In this document: positions 1 to 15,581 of the stretch, in pieces
Layout: the number at the start of each line of letters is the position of its first letter
How positions within the stretch are numbered: the first letter of the stretch is position 1
Program-made: the position numbers and the translations under genes
Notes under the pieces: generated by a model
The model's input: the letters and a program-made list of their open reading frames with translations, nothing else
Database searches by the model: none
What the model was told of the DNA's origin: nothing
Origin: the human T2T-CHM13v2.0 reference genome, Homo sapiens
Reading direction: 5' to 3' (one strand)
Length of the DNA: 64,000 nt
Assembly (NCBI RefSeq): GCF_009914755.1
Contig: NC_060936.1

Positions 1-427
1 CTGACTGTGTAACTGTAGGTCAAATTAGCTTGTTAGCATTATACATATTATTATATATATTATAATCATTATATATTTCTCTTATATAATCCTGAAGATT
101 AGATGGTGGAAACATATGAGTTTAATTCCCTGATTCTGGTTATTATGATTATGGAGAAGCATGTCTTTTATGTAAATAAAGCATTCAGATGTTGTGGGGC
201 ATCTTGTCAGCAACTTGTTTTCAAACAGTTTAAAGGGAAAAAATCCTTTATACTATATTTGCACCTTTTCTGTACGCCCGACATAGCTTCAAATTTTAAA
301 AAATAACTTTGAATCTGGAAGGTAACAGAAGCATAACATAACAAACTTGGATATAATTAAAGCCTCTCAAAGGAGAATTTTTAGCCTAAAATGCATATAT
401 TAGAAAAATGACTGACAATACCTGTTA

Positions 428-755
<328 letters not shown>

Positions 756-1562
756 GATCAAATTAAACCCAAAAATGAGAAAAAAAAATTAGTTGCAGTA
801 ACCAATGACAGTTTTTTAATTAGAGATAACCATCAAAGGCAGAAATTGATTATTGAAAAGACTAATAACTGATAAACCTTTGCCAAGAAGAACCAAAAAA
901 AGAAACACAAATTATCAATATACGAAGGTAAAAAAGGGACATCATGATAGATCCTACAGAAAGTACACATGGCATACGTGCGTATTACAAGCAGTGTTAT
1001 GCCAATAAATTGAAAATTTAGGTTAAATGGACAAATTCCTGAAAAATCATGGCACACAAAACTAACAGAAGAAATTGAAATTGTAAGTAGACATGTATGT
1101 AACGAAGATACTGAATCTGATATTAAAACCTCCTATAATGAAATGTCCAGACTCAGAATGCTTTAACAGCAAACTTTGTCAGACATTTAACTAAAATATA
1201 ACACCAATTTTACTCATATTCCTTCAAAGAGAAAACGGAAATGCTTTCAAACAGAAGTAATGAGGCTTGCCTAATCTTAACAACAAAAGCTACAAGTTTA
1301 TGACAAAGAAGTAAATTTATAGATCAATATAATTCATAACAGGCAAAATTCTAACAAATAGTAGCAAAGCCTAGTAAGCAATATATTTAAAAGACAATAC
1401 ATTATTATTCAGCTGGAAACATTATGGAAATACGTGTTTTAGCACTGAAAATCAAGCATGTATTTCACCTTCATGACAAAATAAAAATCATATAATTATC
1501 TGAATAAATGCAAACACATGGAAATTTTACCCATGGGATCAAGAACAAGAACGCCTCCTGTC

Positions 1563-1870
1563 GGCCGGGTGCGGTGGCTCACGCCTGTGGTCCCAGCACT
1601 TTGGGAGGCCGAGGCGGGCGGATCACAAGGTCGGAGATCGAGACCATCCTGGCTAACACGGTGAAACCCCGTCTCTACTAAAAAATACAAAAAAAATTAG
1701 CCTGGCATGGTGGCGGGCGCCTGTAGTCCCAGCTACTCAGGAGGCTGAGGCAGGAGAATGGTGTGAATCCGGGCGATGGAGCTTGCAGTGAGCCGAGATT
1801 GCTCCACTGCACTCCAGCCTGGACGACAGAGCGAGACTTCATCTCTCACAAAAAAAAAAAAAAAAGAAAA
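1563..1870 (+). mobile_element. AluY with 16-bp TSD
   Basis: AluY diagnostics (gagatcgagaccatcctggctaacacgg, gagcttgcagtg). TSD aagaacgcctcctgtc at 1547-1562 and aagaatgcctcctgtc at 1871-1886. Confidence 0.95.
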
Positions 1871-2010
1871 AAGAATGCCTCCTGTCACCGCTTTTATTCA
1901 ACACTATACAGGAGGCCCCTGTCAGTACAGTAAGGATAAATGTATGTATAAATTGACAGACAGATTCTAAAATTTCTGTTGAGCTGTGTAATGCTAAGAA
2001 TATCCTAGAA

Positions 2011-2236
2011 ATAGGGTTCAAGAACTATAGCCCATAGGCCAAATCTGGCCTGCTGCTGGTTTTTGTAAGTTAAGTTTCAGTGAAGCATAGTCCCATCATC
2101 ATCCATTTATTTACTATCGATGGCTGCTTTCATGCTACAGTAGCTAGAGAGACTATAAGGCCCACCTAGCCTAAAATCTTTGCCCTGGCTCCTATTTACA
2201 TTTGACCCTTTACAGAAAAAAGTTTGCCAGCCCCTG
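2011..2236 (+). mobile_element. MER58A (hAT-Charlie MITE)
   Basis: ggccaaatctggcctgctgctggtttttgtaa...ccctttacagaaaaaagtttgccagcccctg. 8-bp TSD tcctagaa / ccctagaa. Confidence 0.85.
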
Positions 2237-4657
2237 CCCTAGAAAATCCTAAAGAAGAAGAAAAAAAAAACTACAAAGCTCATGCCATCAGCACTAGTTA
2301 TTAAAACAGTATGGTATTACACAATAGAATCCTCAACAAAGTCCTCACATTTACAGTTATTTATGATAAAGGTGATGTAATTGTGCAGCGGAGAAAGGCG
2401 ATCCCATCAACAAATGTTCCTGAGTCAATTCAACACTACAGTGGCATCAAAGTAAATTTCATCTCAAACCATATACAAAAATTAATCCCAGAGGAACTGT
2501 AGGTCTAAACATGAAAGGTAACACAATAAAACTTCTAAAAGATAACACTAGGAAATATCATCATGGCCTTCAGAGAAGAAGATTTTCTTAAAGAGAACAA
2601 AAGCACAGATCATAAAGGATATGTTATGATTATAAAGGATCATATCGCTATCTAAGATTAAATTAAAATTATGAACTTTTGTTCATCAAAATACACTATT
2701 CAAAGAGTAGAATGCCACACTATATAAAGGAAAAAGATATTTGCAAGATACGCAAGCAACAAGGAATTCCTGTCCTGAAGATATAACTCCTAAAAATTAG
2801 TAAGAAAATAGACAACACTTCTTAAAAGAGAATAGCCAAATGGTCATTAAGCCTACCTAAGGGTTCTGAACCATAGTAATCATCGGCAAATCAAAAAACA
2901 AAGTAGGATATCTTTACCCACTAACAAGAATGGAAATATTTTTTAAACTGGCCATAAAAAGCATTGGCAAAGATGTATGGCAATACAAGTGGCAGATGGA
3001 AAGTTATGGAAAACCATTTGGCAGTATCTACTGAAGAAGAAAATATGCATTCCCCCTATGGCTCAGATATTTCACTCCTACATGTATTAGGAATATGTGA
3101 ATGTAAGACCCAAAAGATATGTACAAGATTGTTCTAGACAGATATTAATATTCAGTAACTGGGAACAAGCCAAAAATCTGTCCAAAGTAGAATGGATAAG
3201 TAAATTGGGGTATATTCATAAAATAGAGAACCATGCAGCAACAGGCATGAACAACCTATTGCCGCAGGCATGGATAGAGCTCACTGAAAGAAACAACACA
3301 ATTAAGTATAAACTATATGATTCTATGTATATAAAAGGCTTAAAAATGGGCAAAACTATTCTATAGTGTTAGAAATCAGAATGGTAGTTCAATTTAGGAG
3401 GAGGGAGGGAGCACAATCAAAATTCCTGGATTTCTAGTAATGTTCCCTTTCTTCATCTAGATGATGGTTACCTGGGTGTGTTTACTTCTAATTCATTGTG
3501 CTGTATAATTTGTGCCCTTCATTTGGATGTGTTTTATTTTGATAAAAAGGTATATTAAAAATGGGACAGAAAAAATAATTTAAGAGATCAAAATATTCTG
3601 GATTTGCTTTTCAGCTAACAACCAGCAAAGTTCTGTCTAAAGTGTATACTTGTTCAATTGAACACATGATATGCACAGAGCTAATAGACTTCAACTAAGC
3701 TTTATAAACTACAGGTAACTTATATTAACCCACAGTTTCTGCCTCTCTATATCCAGTAATGTTTGTAAATACTATTTTACGTCCTTTTCTGAACAGAAAG
3801 ATTCCAATGCCAGTCTGCAGATCTCTTTCCAAAACTGGTATTGCTGACATTGGAAATCCAAGTGGATCAATACAGTATTTGTCTGAGTAACATACAACAT
3901 ACTTTTGTTGAAATATTAATGGCCACGCATTTCATAAAATATATTGGCTTTACTAAGTTCTTTCAACCACATGTCACACAACTGTTTTTACAAGAACACA
4001 GCAAATGTCTTCTGTTACAATCCCCTCAATCAATCACAGGAAGTCTTTATACATATTGTGAGACTCCTTCCAATATCTACTAAAGAAATATAGTTGCTGT
4101 AGATTGAATGCACAGCAGAATAATGCAATTCAAATCTTTTCTAAAAGACAGAAAACAAAACAAAATAAAAATATTCAGTTGTTCTGCAACATGCATTCAA
4201 TAGTGAAGAAAGTATCAGTAGCCATGCAGAATGCTTAATCAATTAGCAACAGTTATGGCCTAAAAATTTTAAAAGCTTCCTCTCTCCTGTATCATTAGCT
4301 TTGTATGTTTCATCATAGTATTTCTCTAAGACAAAAATGAAATAATGTAATGAGTATCCCTAAGCCTTAAGAGATATATAACATGTTTTCAATTGATGCT
4401 ATAATTCAAATTCCAAAACATGTAGTTAAGCTTAGAATAAAGGGCAGCAGAACAAGTCTTAGGCTCCCATAACTAGTTATCATGACACATACATGTTCTC
4501 ACATTTAATATAAAAATGTGGCCTACATAGCAAATTATCTATAGGGATTCTTCCACCACATAAATTCTGAAACCATGACGTTAAACTGTATGTGCCTGTG
4601 TTGAGAGGCTAAATTCGGGTGTCCCTAAATTTGGGTGTTCAATCAAATATTAATTGA

Positions 4658-4950
<293 letters not shown>

Positions 4951-5095
4951 CTGAACACCTTTTAAGAACAAAGAAAGCCATATTCTAAATGCTGTGCACG
5001 AGGTTTCACCTTTGGAAGCACAAAGCTAAACAGTGAAGCTAAGACATGTAAGAGAGTAAGTTTACAAAAAAGTCCTTGATGTTTGTTGAATAGTA

Positions 5096-5097
<2 letters not shown>

Positions 5098-5169
<72 letters not shown>

Positions 5170-5179
5170 GAGAGAGAGA
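5098..5179. repeat. Compound (TG)n(GA)n microsatellite
   Basis: Seen directly in the sequence. Confidence 0.98.
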
Positions 5180-6770
5180 TACCAAAACAAGTATTATTCA
5201 GTATGGAGATGAATAAATGTTAAAATAGCTCAGTGTCAATGGAATGGAGCAGAGTGGAGACAATGTCAAACTGTAGTAATCGGCATTTGAAAGCAGACTT
5301 GTTTGCCTCTATGCTATAATCACTGTAGTTCATAAACAACTTCCACTTGCCTTCTTTTATCACATACTAACTTAGGGAACCTGGAACAAATTCTATAATT
5401 TTAAATGTTTAAAAGTAATTCACAAAATGAATTGTCTATGGATAACTAAAATCTAACTTCAAGAAATTAGTTGGAACATTCTCCCAACTCTGAGTAAAGT
5501 GGCCATTCTTAGAGATGTTACTTTGTTATTTCCATTTGCCACTAGGAGGTTTCCACATTTTCATAATTCATGGTGCTTAAACATCATTTCTAGCTCTGAA
5601 ATTACTACACACTAAAAATAATTTTAGTTTTACAACATCCGTTACTTCAAGAGTTTTTCATAATTCACTCATTAGATAGAATTTATCAACAATATAGTGG
5701 TAATTATAATCATGTTAGAGATAATTTTTAAACCACAAATTTTGACTACAGATTAATTTTAAATAATTTTATATTTATTTGGAGCATTTGTTTCAATACA
5801 TTTTTAAGCTTTATTTTTTCACTTATTCCCCTTATTATCTAAAAGTGATTCATCTCAGAACATAAATTCATATGGCTTGTTATATACATGCTTTTCCAAA
5901 ATATACCTGAATTTAAATACAAACATAACCACTATATTATTGAGATAATGCTGATACCTCCATCAATAAATTGATTTTACAGATATACCAAAATTGCTGA
6001 GAAAATTCTCCAATTATATTGCATGCTCCCTGAGGTAGAAACACTATTTATTTTTAAATTTTATTCACTACTACATAATTGGCACCCAATAATATTGGTC
6101 AAATTGATAAATAAAGGATACATTTAAAAACTATTAATAAAGTATCTAAATTTTCCCATTCTGATTTCAAATAATCCTAACAGTAATTATTACAGTAGCT
6201 TTGCTACTTTTCATACTTATAAAATAGTGTTCAATACTTAAAAGATACTTGGTAGAATTAATAAAATGACTAGGAAACTCTTTGAACTCCATAGCATCAT
6301 AAGAATTCACAAACTTGTAAGAAAATAGAGATAATGAAGTTCAACTTCTTTCCTGATGAATCAATGCAGCCTCTTATTCAATACTTCCAGTAACAGTAAA
6401 TGCGCTATACTTTCAGGATACAGCTCTGAAAAACCTACTACTGTGGGATACTTTAAGTGTTACAAAGGTTTTCTTCACAGTAGACTAAATATTATCTATT
6501 TGTCTCTCCAAACTTTGCTTAAAATTTTTTGTTTTCTCTTGAACATCAAGTATACCCCCATTTCCAAATGAAAATATTTTAAGAGTCTGAAGAAAGTACT
6601 GTGAATTGTTCAGTCTTTGCATTTTTTCAGATTAAATATTATTTTATTCGTATGGTATAGTTTCTATCCCTTTCTTCAAAATGGCAGCCCTCTTCAAATA
6701 CAGCCTTGGCTTTCCAATGGTTTGAAATGTAGATAAAAAAGCAATTTTCCACTGGAGCAAAATGCAATAG

Positions 6771-6855
6771 TATTCAGTTGAATCACATGAAACTGCCAAG
6801 ATTCAACCATTTCTGACCTATAAAATATGACAATTTCATATGGTTCAACATAATA
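6771..6855 (-). mobile_element. MADE2-type mariner MITE
   Basis: About 80 bp with imperfect terminal inverted repeats, gttgaatcacatgaaactgcc...gacaatttcatatggttcaac, and TA-like flanks. Confidence 0.7.
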
Positions 6856-7119
6856 GCATTATCTTCCTTGATGTAAACACTGCACATCCATCAATGGATC
6901 CTCAGATTGCACTAGCTTTTTAGCAGCTAGGTAACACCACAGCTTCATATTAGGTTTGAGGCCAAGTAAATCCCATAAGTCATTTTCCCATCAACTGCTG
7001 GGCTTGTGCAAAGAATTTTACAGAATTTTATAATGCAGGAATTTACCTACCTGCCACTTCCTAGTTTTGTTATCCTTTTACAAGTTGTTTAATGTCTTAG
7101 AATTATAATGTATCCTTAA

Positions 7120-7260
7120 TTGTATAGTACTTCTTATGTGCCAGATACTGTTACAAGTGATTCATATTTAATCCTCATAACAGCTATATTAGCTAGAATC
7201 ATTATCATTATTTCTCATGTTACAAATGAGGAAACAGAGTCACTGAAAGATCAAGTGCAT
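7120..7260 (-). mobile_element. MIR
   Basis: tatgtgccagatactg...tttaatcctcataacag...catgttacaaatgaggaaacagag, the reverse MIR core. Confidence 0.7.
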
Positions 7261-7901
7261 GCCCTCAACCACAACATTATGCTGGCTCTCAAAATAAACT
7301 CTTTCTCAAATGGTTTTGTGGGGCTTAGTAACACACACAGTGTCATTCATTTTTTGATCCCTTTTCATTATCCAGCAAGTTCAATTAGTTGCTAAATGTT
7401 CCAAAATGCTTGTCTCTTGCATTTCGCACTTCCTTTCTATTCTTCCAGACCATTCTCTCTTTAATACTTTTCACTCTTCTGAAACTATGTTGAAAATGCC
7501 TCTTAATTTGTATTTCCCCATCTTCAGCCATCTTCAGCTCCCACCTACTCTATATAACTCTGGGTCCTATCTCATCATTTTCTCCATTTTCATTTTGTTT
7601 TCAAACCCTTTTTGATCATTATTCCTTCTTACCAATACTTTTAACTCCTTCAAAAATAAAAAATAAGCAAAATACTCTGTTTTTTCTATTTTAATATTAT
7701 GCCATTTCTCATAAACTGTAGGCTTCCTCTTTCTACTTGTCTTTCTTTCCAAGCCAAGCATAAGAAAATATTAATAAAGCCCCAAAAATTGATTGGTAAA
7801 GTTTCTTTCCATTTATAAACGAAGAGCATAAAGGTTGGTATCAGACAAGAATTCTGCACAGCAAGATGGCCTAATAGCAAGGGCTGTGTAGCCAGATGGC
7901 C

Positions 7902-8650
7902 TGGTGATCATTAAAAAGTCAGGAAACAACAGATGCTAGAGAGGATGTGGAGAAAATAGGAATGCTTTTACACTGTTGGTGGGAGTATAAATTAGTTAAA
8001 CCATTGTGGAAGACAGTGTGGTGATTCCTCAAGGATCTAGAACTAGAAATACCATTTGACCCAGCAATCCCATTACTGGATATATACCCAAAGGATTATA
8101 ACTCAATCATTCTACTATAAAGACACATGCACATGTGTGTTTACTGCGGCACTGTTCACAATAGCAAAGACTTGGAACCAACCCAAATGCCCATCAGTGA
8201 TAGACTGGATAAAGAAAATGTGGCACATACACACCATGGAATGCTATGCAGCCATAAAAAAGGATGAGTTCATGTCCTTTGCAGGGACATGGATGAAGTT
8301 GGAAACCATCATTCTCAGCAAACTAACACAGGAACAGAAAACTAAACACCACATGGTCTCCCTCATAAGTGGGAGTTAAACAATGAGAACACATGGACAC
8401 AGGGAGGGGAACATCACACACCGGGGCCTGTTGGCGGGTGGGGGGCTAGGGGAGAAATAGCATTAGCAGAAATACCTAATGTAGATGACGGGTTGACAGG
8501 TGCAGCAAACCACTATGGCACTTGTATACCTATGTAACAAACCTGCACATTCTGCACATGTACCCCTTAACTTAAAGTATAATAAAAATAAATAAATAAA
8601 TAAATAAAAATAAAAATAAAAATTTAAATAATTTAAAAGTTAAAAAAAAG
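7902..8650 (+). mobile_element. 5'-truncated L1PA (ORF2 C-terminus, 3'UTR, poly-A) inserted inside a MIR
   Basis: ORF 8056-8379 contains the L1 ORF2 C-terminal KDTCT..FTAALFTIAKTWNQPKCP..DWIKKMWHI. It has the G-rich 3'UTR and an A-rich tail. MIR halves lie at about 7858-7904 and 8651-8815. Confidence 0.95.
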
Positions 8651-9645
8651 AAATTCCCACTTTGTCATTTACAACTGGGTAACTTTGGTCTAGTCATTTA
8701 ACCTTTCTGTGTTTCATTTTTCTCATGAAACATAAGGATTATAATATAACCTACCTCTTAAAGTTGCTGTGAAAACTAAATTAGTCAATATTTGTGAAGG
8801 GTTTGGAACATTAGTTAGCCATCTTTATTATAAAAATTGTAAATTAAATAAGAAATTTATCATTCATTGCTTAGGCAATAGGAAAGCATGAGAAATTTTT
8901 TAAGGAAGGGAGATTTTGAGCTGAGGCTGCCCTTAAACTAACTGGCCAATACTACTTGGTCAGCACCCACTTAAGAATTAACTCCCAGAACCCTGGTTTA
9001 GGTCCAAAATTTTTTGTTGTTGTCCTTCTTCAAACTCCCTTTATCCAATAAAGTTTCCAGTTGCCTCATTATTAGTCATTTGCACTGGCCCAGATGCCTG
9101 GTACTATAACTTAGGTATCCTTATCCTGGTTACTTTTTGGTGCCTGAAGCAAAGCCATTTTGTGGACACCCTGGTCAATGCTCAGTCCCATCTAGCCTGG
9201 CATCTATGGTCAGTAAGCCGTTCCACTGTATTGTTTCAGGCCTTTGAGAAAGGGAACTCTGGAGAGAATGACAAGACAGCATGTCTTTCAGGAAGATAAT
9301 CAAAGGGATGATTAGACAGATGAACATGGAAAAAGGGGGCATATACTAAGGTAGGAGAATTGTTGCAACAGGGAGGACAAAAGAGAAAATGGGTCTGAAT
9401 AAAAAGGCTGGCTTATCCAAGCATGGATTTTTCTTTTTTATGAAAGAGAATTCATAGCACTGGATGACATTAAGTTATGAAGATACGGGAGAGAAACTCA
9501 GGATGACTACAAAAATTGCAGTTTCATATTTTGGCTGGTAGTTTTAGCTATATTTGAAGCAAAGAAGAAGCAGACATAGCATAAAGATGATGAGTTTATA
9601 TTTGATATACAGAGTTTGAGGTAGATATTGAACTAAATAGAAATG

Positions 9646-9941
<296 letters not shown>

Positions 9942-10795
9942 TGTGCAGAAGCAGTTAGATACGATAAACATGTTCAGCAGACTACTGACCACCAGCTCAT
10001 TATCAGTAGAAACAAGCTTTGAATTATTTTCCCCAGGTTTTAAGAATAAATTAAATGATTTATTCTTGCCCTCTACTCAAAATTGAGACACAGTGGTAAA
10101 ATGACTGGCAAATGCACTCTGTGGCACAAATAGCACTAACCTCACTAGGGAAATCTAGCCAGAAACTGTAACCTCATTAAAACAATGCACTAACTTCCTG
10201 AGATAACTGGCAACTATAGGCAGATGGAAATGCCTTTTATTTAATATGCCCTCCACCTTCCAATGATCATCCGCCCATTTGAATGTGGAGACACTCTAGA
10301 AAATAAATTAACAATTCAGTCTCTTCACTTTTGCTTCATTAAACAACATACATTTGTATTAAGAAGCTGAATTTCTACTTTATTTTTAAATATGTTGCAA
10401 AAAGTAGGCAATATTTGGTATTAAGCAACACAACTGAAATCTTTTCAAGTGGCATTTTATAAGTATCAGCAATTGATCTCTAAAAATAAGACTTAACCCA
10501 CAAACTTAAATTTTGTAAGAAATCATGTCAAATAGATTGCAACACATTAAATTTATGTCTGGATAAAGGAAGTACAAGTTTCAGGACTAGAATATCTCAC
10601 AAGAAGGTCATAAATCAGCTAAACATTCACTGTTATTAAAAACAAAACACAAAGGTAACTTTCCTAAGATAAAAACAATTCAATCTTTGGGTTCAAAAGG
10701 ACTTACAATGGAAAATAGAAAGTATCATCTTGATCAAGTTATAACTTACTGTATCTTCAAGCCCAGTGATTTTTTTAAAAAAGTTTTAAACTTAC

Positions 10796-10842
10796 CTCTC
10801 TCCATTCTTTATTTCCAACTCCTTGTACATATAAGACACAAA
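10796..10842 (-). CDS. CPNE8: Copine-8 coding exon 3 ((I)CVLYVQGVGNKEWRE)
   Basis: Minus strand: ttttttcatcttttgtag|TTTGTGTCTTATATGTACAAGGAGTTGGAAATAAAGAATGGAGAGAG|gtaagt. It is 47 nt and ends in phase 0. I did not see the next exon (FGRTEVI...) in the window. Confidence 0.97.
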
Positions 10843-11737
10843 CTACAAAAGATGAAAAAATACGCACATATAAATGTCTTTTATGAAAATCATATGTGAA
10901 TGTATACAATTTATTTTTCAGCTGTTCAAAAGCTACATCAAAATTAAATGCCTAATTCCTAGACTTACCCTTGCAAAAAAAAAAGGCTAGTAAATCATCA
11001 TATGACTAAAAATTGATTTAAATAAGCAGAAAACAAACTGTTATGCCAGATCTTTAGAACTTAGTATGAATTGAGCTTGGCACATAAAATAATAAGTACT
11101 TGCTAAGGTCTTCATATATAAATTTTAAAACCATAATTTAAACAATTTGAAATATTTCATTATGTTGTGAAAAACAAGCCAAGCTCTCCCTAAGATATTT
11201 ACAGTGCTCAAAGGTATAATAGGAACGAAAACTTGGGGCAAGTCATGCTCTACATTTAATATTTATAACTTCCACCCTTAATATTTGTAAATAGGTAAGA
11301 AATCCTGTCAACCAAGAAAGGAATTCCCAAAAGGGAGATTAAGAGTTTTGGGTAAAGATTAAGGGAAAGGAAGTGTCCCACCCACTTGTCAAATGAGCCC
11401 CAGGAATTTTTAATACCCACAATTGCAATGCCTTTTTCCCAATGACTACCTCAAGAATTCTGACAACTGACAAAAACCTTCCCTCTGTAATTCAACCATA
11501 TTTGTTCACACATTTGTAGAGATAGAGAACTGTTGTATATCCATTTCTAAATATTACAAGATTCGGAAACACATTGATTTATACAGTTCATTCTGCTGTT
11601 TTCTAATTCAAACTACCCTTCTCACTTTACAAGTTATCTCCAATTTTCAATACCTCTAATTAGTAATCAAACACTTTGGTTCATATCAGATGTTACATAT
11701 TTCACTTGGTTGTAAATTGTATATACCACTTTTATTT

Positions 11738-11943
<206 letters not shown>

Positions 11944-12262
11944 TAAATAACTTTAAATTATGGCCCATTACAGTTTTCTTTCAAATATAATAATTTCTAC
12001 CAAATGGCCATAGTACGAGGTTTTAATTTCAAAGTGAACTGTCCCACATTGGAGTCATTTGCATTCTCATTTTATTCTCAAAGTGCTCAGCAAGTCCCTC
12101 TTTACCCACAGTACTGCCCGGGGTTGATGAGTATGTAGGGCTTGGGACCATTCTCCTGTTGCTTTCTAGGCTTTAAAACAAACCTTTAAACAAGAACTAT
12201 GAGTTTCCTACAACTTTTGCAAAATCAAATGATTTTTCAAAAGGCAAGCAATACATACTTAC

Positions 12263-12303
12263 TTGGATCAGATTTAGAAAATGTGTCTCTGTCAAGAAGA
12301 TTT
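12263..12303 (-). CDS. CPNE8: Copine-8 coding exon 2 ((R)NLLDRDTFSKSDP), C2A calcium-binding loop
   Basis: Minus strand: ttctgttttattcaacag|AAATCTTCTTGACAGAGACACATTTTCTAAATCTGATCCAA|gtaagt. It is 41 nt, keeps frame with exons 1 and 3, and carries the copine D-x-D-x-F-S-K-S-D-P motif. Confidence 0.97.
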
Positions 12304-14007
12304 CTGTTGAATAAAACAGAAAATGTTAGCTGGATATAAAAGCAAAATATTTATATTTATATAGACATATTAAAATGTGTATGTACATAATTGTGTATAT
12401 ATATATAAACATACTCATACACACACATATACATATATATGACTAAATAAACATGTCCCAAGGGTCTGCTTGTATATATTCAGACTGAACATCACTGGAC
12501 TCCAAAAATAAGAGAAAGCTTTTATTTTCTCAGACTTTCATTCCACTTAACCAATAACATGACTCCTTACATCCTAAGATTAAAATCTCTTTGAGAGAAT
12601 TAACTGTTTTAGGTTTCCATTTAATCCTTCATTAAGAATATAAAGGTGTTCAGAAATGCTTCCTGAATTGAATTGTGAGTTGTTATTAATGCAAAATTGT
12701 TTGCAGTTCAGAGCACATGATCACGTTAGTCCATATAATTAGAATACAGTTGTGAAGCAGCATCTACTGACATTTGTGTTACATCAACCCTGATGAGTTT
12801 TATGTTGCTATTACGGTTTCGGAATTTAAGATGAACATATAGATGTTGCCTGAAGACTCTTTTCAGTAAACATTAAAAAAGTACACAAGGCCATTATTAG
12901 TACTTTTTTTTCCAGATATTTCTAAAATAGAATAACAATGGAAAATCAGAAAGTAGGAAAGCCTGGATTCCTCTGATACTAGTGTATTGCTACCCTCAGT
13001 GGTAGTAATGCAGTCCTATACTTTATGCTCATAACAATAACCCTGAGTACTCATTAAAAAGTTAAATTCAATATGCTCTGATTCACAAGGCAGGAAATTA
13101 TTAGAAAAATTTCCACCTAAAATTAGTTTTTATAAAATTATGATTTAAAGCTATATGCTTTTCTGAAAAATTTGATTATCTAGAATGATGACTTGAGGGT
13201 TCTAAAAGTTCAAATTTGTGTTTAATAATCATCTTCCATTAATTAAAATGGAGTAGCTAAATTACATTTCAATTTGTAATACTTATAATAAAAATCTCGT
13301 GTTCAAGCTGTCTTATTTTCCACTAGGACTACTATTCATGTGCATTTATTTGTACTGCCCTTGGTATCTGAAAAGTCCCTTTTTCATATAAATCTGGCAT
13401 CCTTTCTTATTTCAGGTTCTCAAAAGTGATTGCCGCCATTGAATCACTATACACTGAAAAAACAAAAACATATTCAACAAACCAATGCAGCACAAACAAT
13501 GAAATGAGATCATGTCTTGAAATATTCCTAGAAAGGAGAAACATCAGACATACTCATATTTGGAATTAAATCAGATTAGAAGACCACTAGTCAGTAATCA
13601 CATTAAATTAATCCTTTCTGTCCCCTGAGCAGACACCATGACTCCAGCAACGGTTAGCAAACAGTAAACTAAAACATTTCCATTTGAGAAATTACTGTGA
13701 CATTATATTTATTATACAAAGGTAGTTCTTCACTTAAGTGGGAATTCTCCCAATCCTTCCTGTGACTCAAGCTTTTGCTCATTAGGTATCCTAGGAAAAT
13801 ATTATGCTGTTTCTTTCAGAATTCACAAAAAAACAGAGATGACAGTGCAAAATATTGTGATGTGGCTGTGACTCAAAAACTATGCTATGTACGTATTTAA
13901 CAGAAAATCATGTAGTTTCAATGCCTTACTTATGTAAAAAAAAATAAACTACAAGTTTTAACCACAAATACAAAATAAAGGATTTCTATAAACAATAGGA
14001 CAGATGA

Positions 14008-14305
<298 letters not shown>

Positions 14306-15581
14306 AGATTAGTATTCTTAATCATAAACTTTACTTGTCACATTGTTTCACTCAGCCATTGTGATCCATAACACATAATGGTAAGATCAAAAATAAAACA
14401 AGCCAAGAAAAAACCCTTTGTATAATGACAAGTAAAAATCTATAAATCTTCATAACATAGTCTGAAATTTGCAATTTAACTTTCCAATTATATTTGGTAA
14501 TAATTTTACCTGTACTTTGGTCATATGAATATAATAGAATAGATTATCTCTGACAGGTTGAATTCCCAAAAGACTACTTTACTCAAGCATATATGATCGC
14601 AAAGTTGGAAAAGGAAAATATTCTTAGTGATGTATACACTGCAAAAGACCAGTGATTGTTAAAATGCACCATTCAGTTTAGATTTATTTTAGGAATAAGA
14701 ATTTTATCTTCCCAATATCCTATTAGAAACAAAGCCCATTCACATTAAGTAAAATAAGATAGGTATTATTGTGAAGGCCATTTCATAAATTCAGAAACTA
14801 AGCTGGGGCTCAGAGAAAGTGAGTGAATGAGTCAATGTACACAGCCCAGTACAGAATAATCTAATGGTACCAATCATTCTGAATCTGATTCTTCTGTTCT
14901 TTACAAAATACCTCAGTTTCTGGAGAAATCCAGAAGACTTCTTATTTTCTATGAGTATTGAAAATGTCAAAGGCCTCCAATTTTACCTACCACATGAATA
15001 TAAAGGAAAATAAATTCCTGTTCATAGACTAGTATAAAGAGAGATGCTGCTTATAGAATGAGGACAGAAAACCAGAATGAGAGGCCAAACCCACTATATT
15101 TTTCATAGAAAAAAATCTTTGTTTTTTATATATTGCACTTTTAAAAATAAACATACACACACCCCTCCATGACCAGATTTTATATGAGAAGGCTACTCTT
15201 CCCTCCATGGACTTGTCATCTGCTTGAGCTAGGATGCCTGTAACTTTGTTCCTACCATTTTATAACATGATGTTGAACATCAACACTAGGTTAAAAGTCC
15301 TGAACATGTCTTTCTATTCTGCAAATCTAGATGTAGCTAATACAAAAGAACAAATTCTTCAATAGAAATTTTGGAAAAATACAGTGTACAAGTTAGAAAA
15401 ATTATCTGATGAAATATCTAATCAAAATTATAACCTATAAATTGCCTGAGTTGTTCTAGTATCCACTCATCCTCAAATTCCATTAAAATTCCTAGACTAT
15501 GAGCTTAAAGGGGGATAACTGAAATAGCATAACTAAAGCCGAGGCCCAGCCAATTTAATTCTAACCTGTAGGAAGAAATAC

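Noticed and set aside
4609-4640. 16-bp imperfect tandem duplication ctaaatt(c/t)gggtgt(c/t)c
   Set aside because: It has only two copies and looks like ordinary slippage, with no further structure.
8056-8379. 107-aa ORF with clear protein similarity
   Set aside because: It is the C-terminal remnant of L1 ORF2 in a 5'-truncated copy and is not an autonomous gene.
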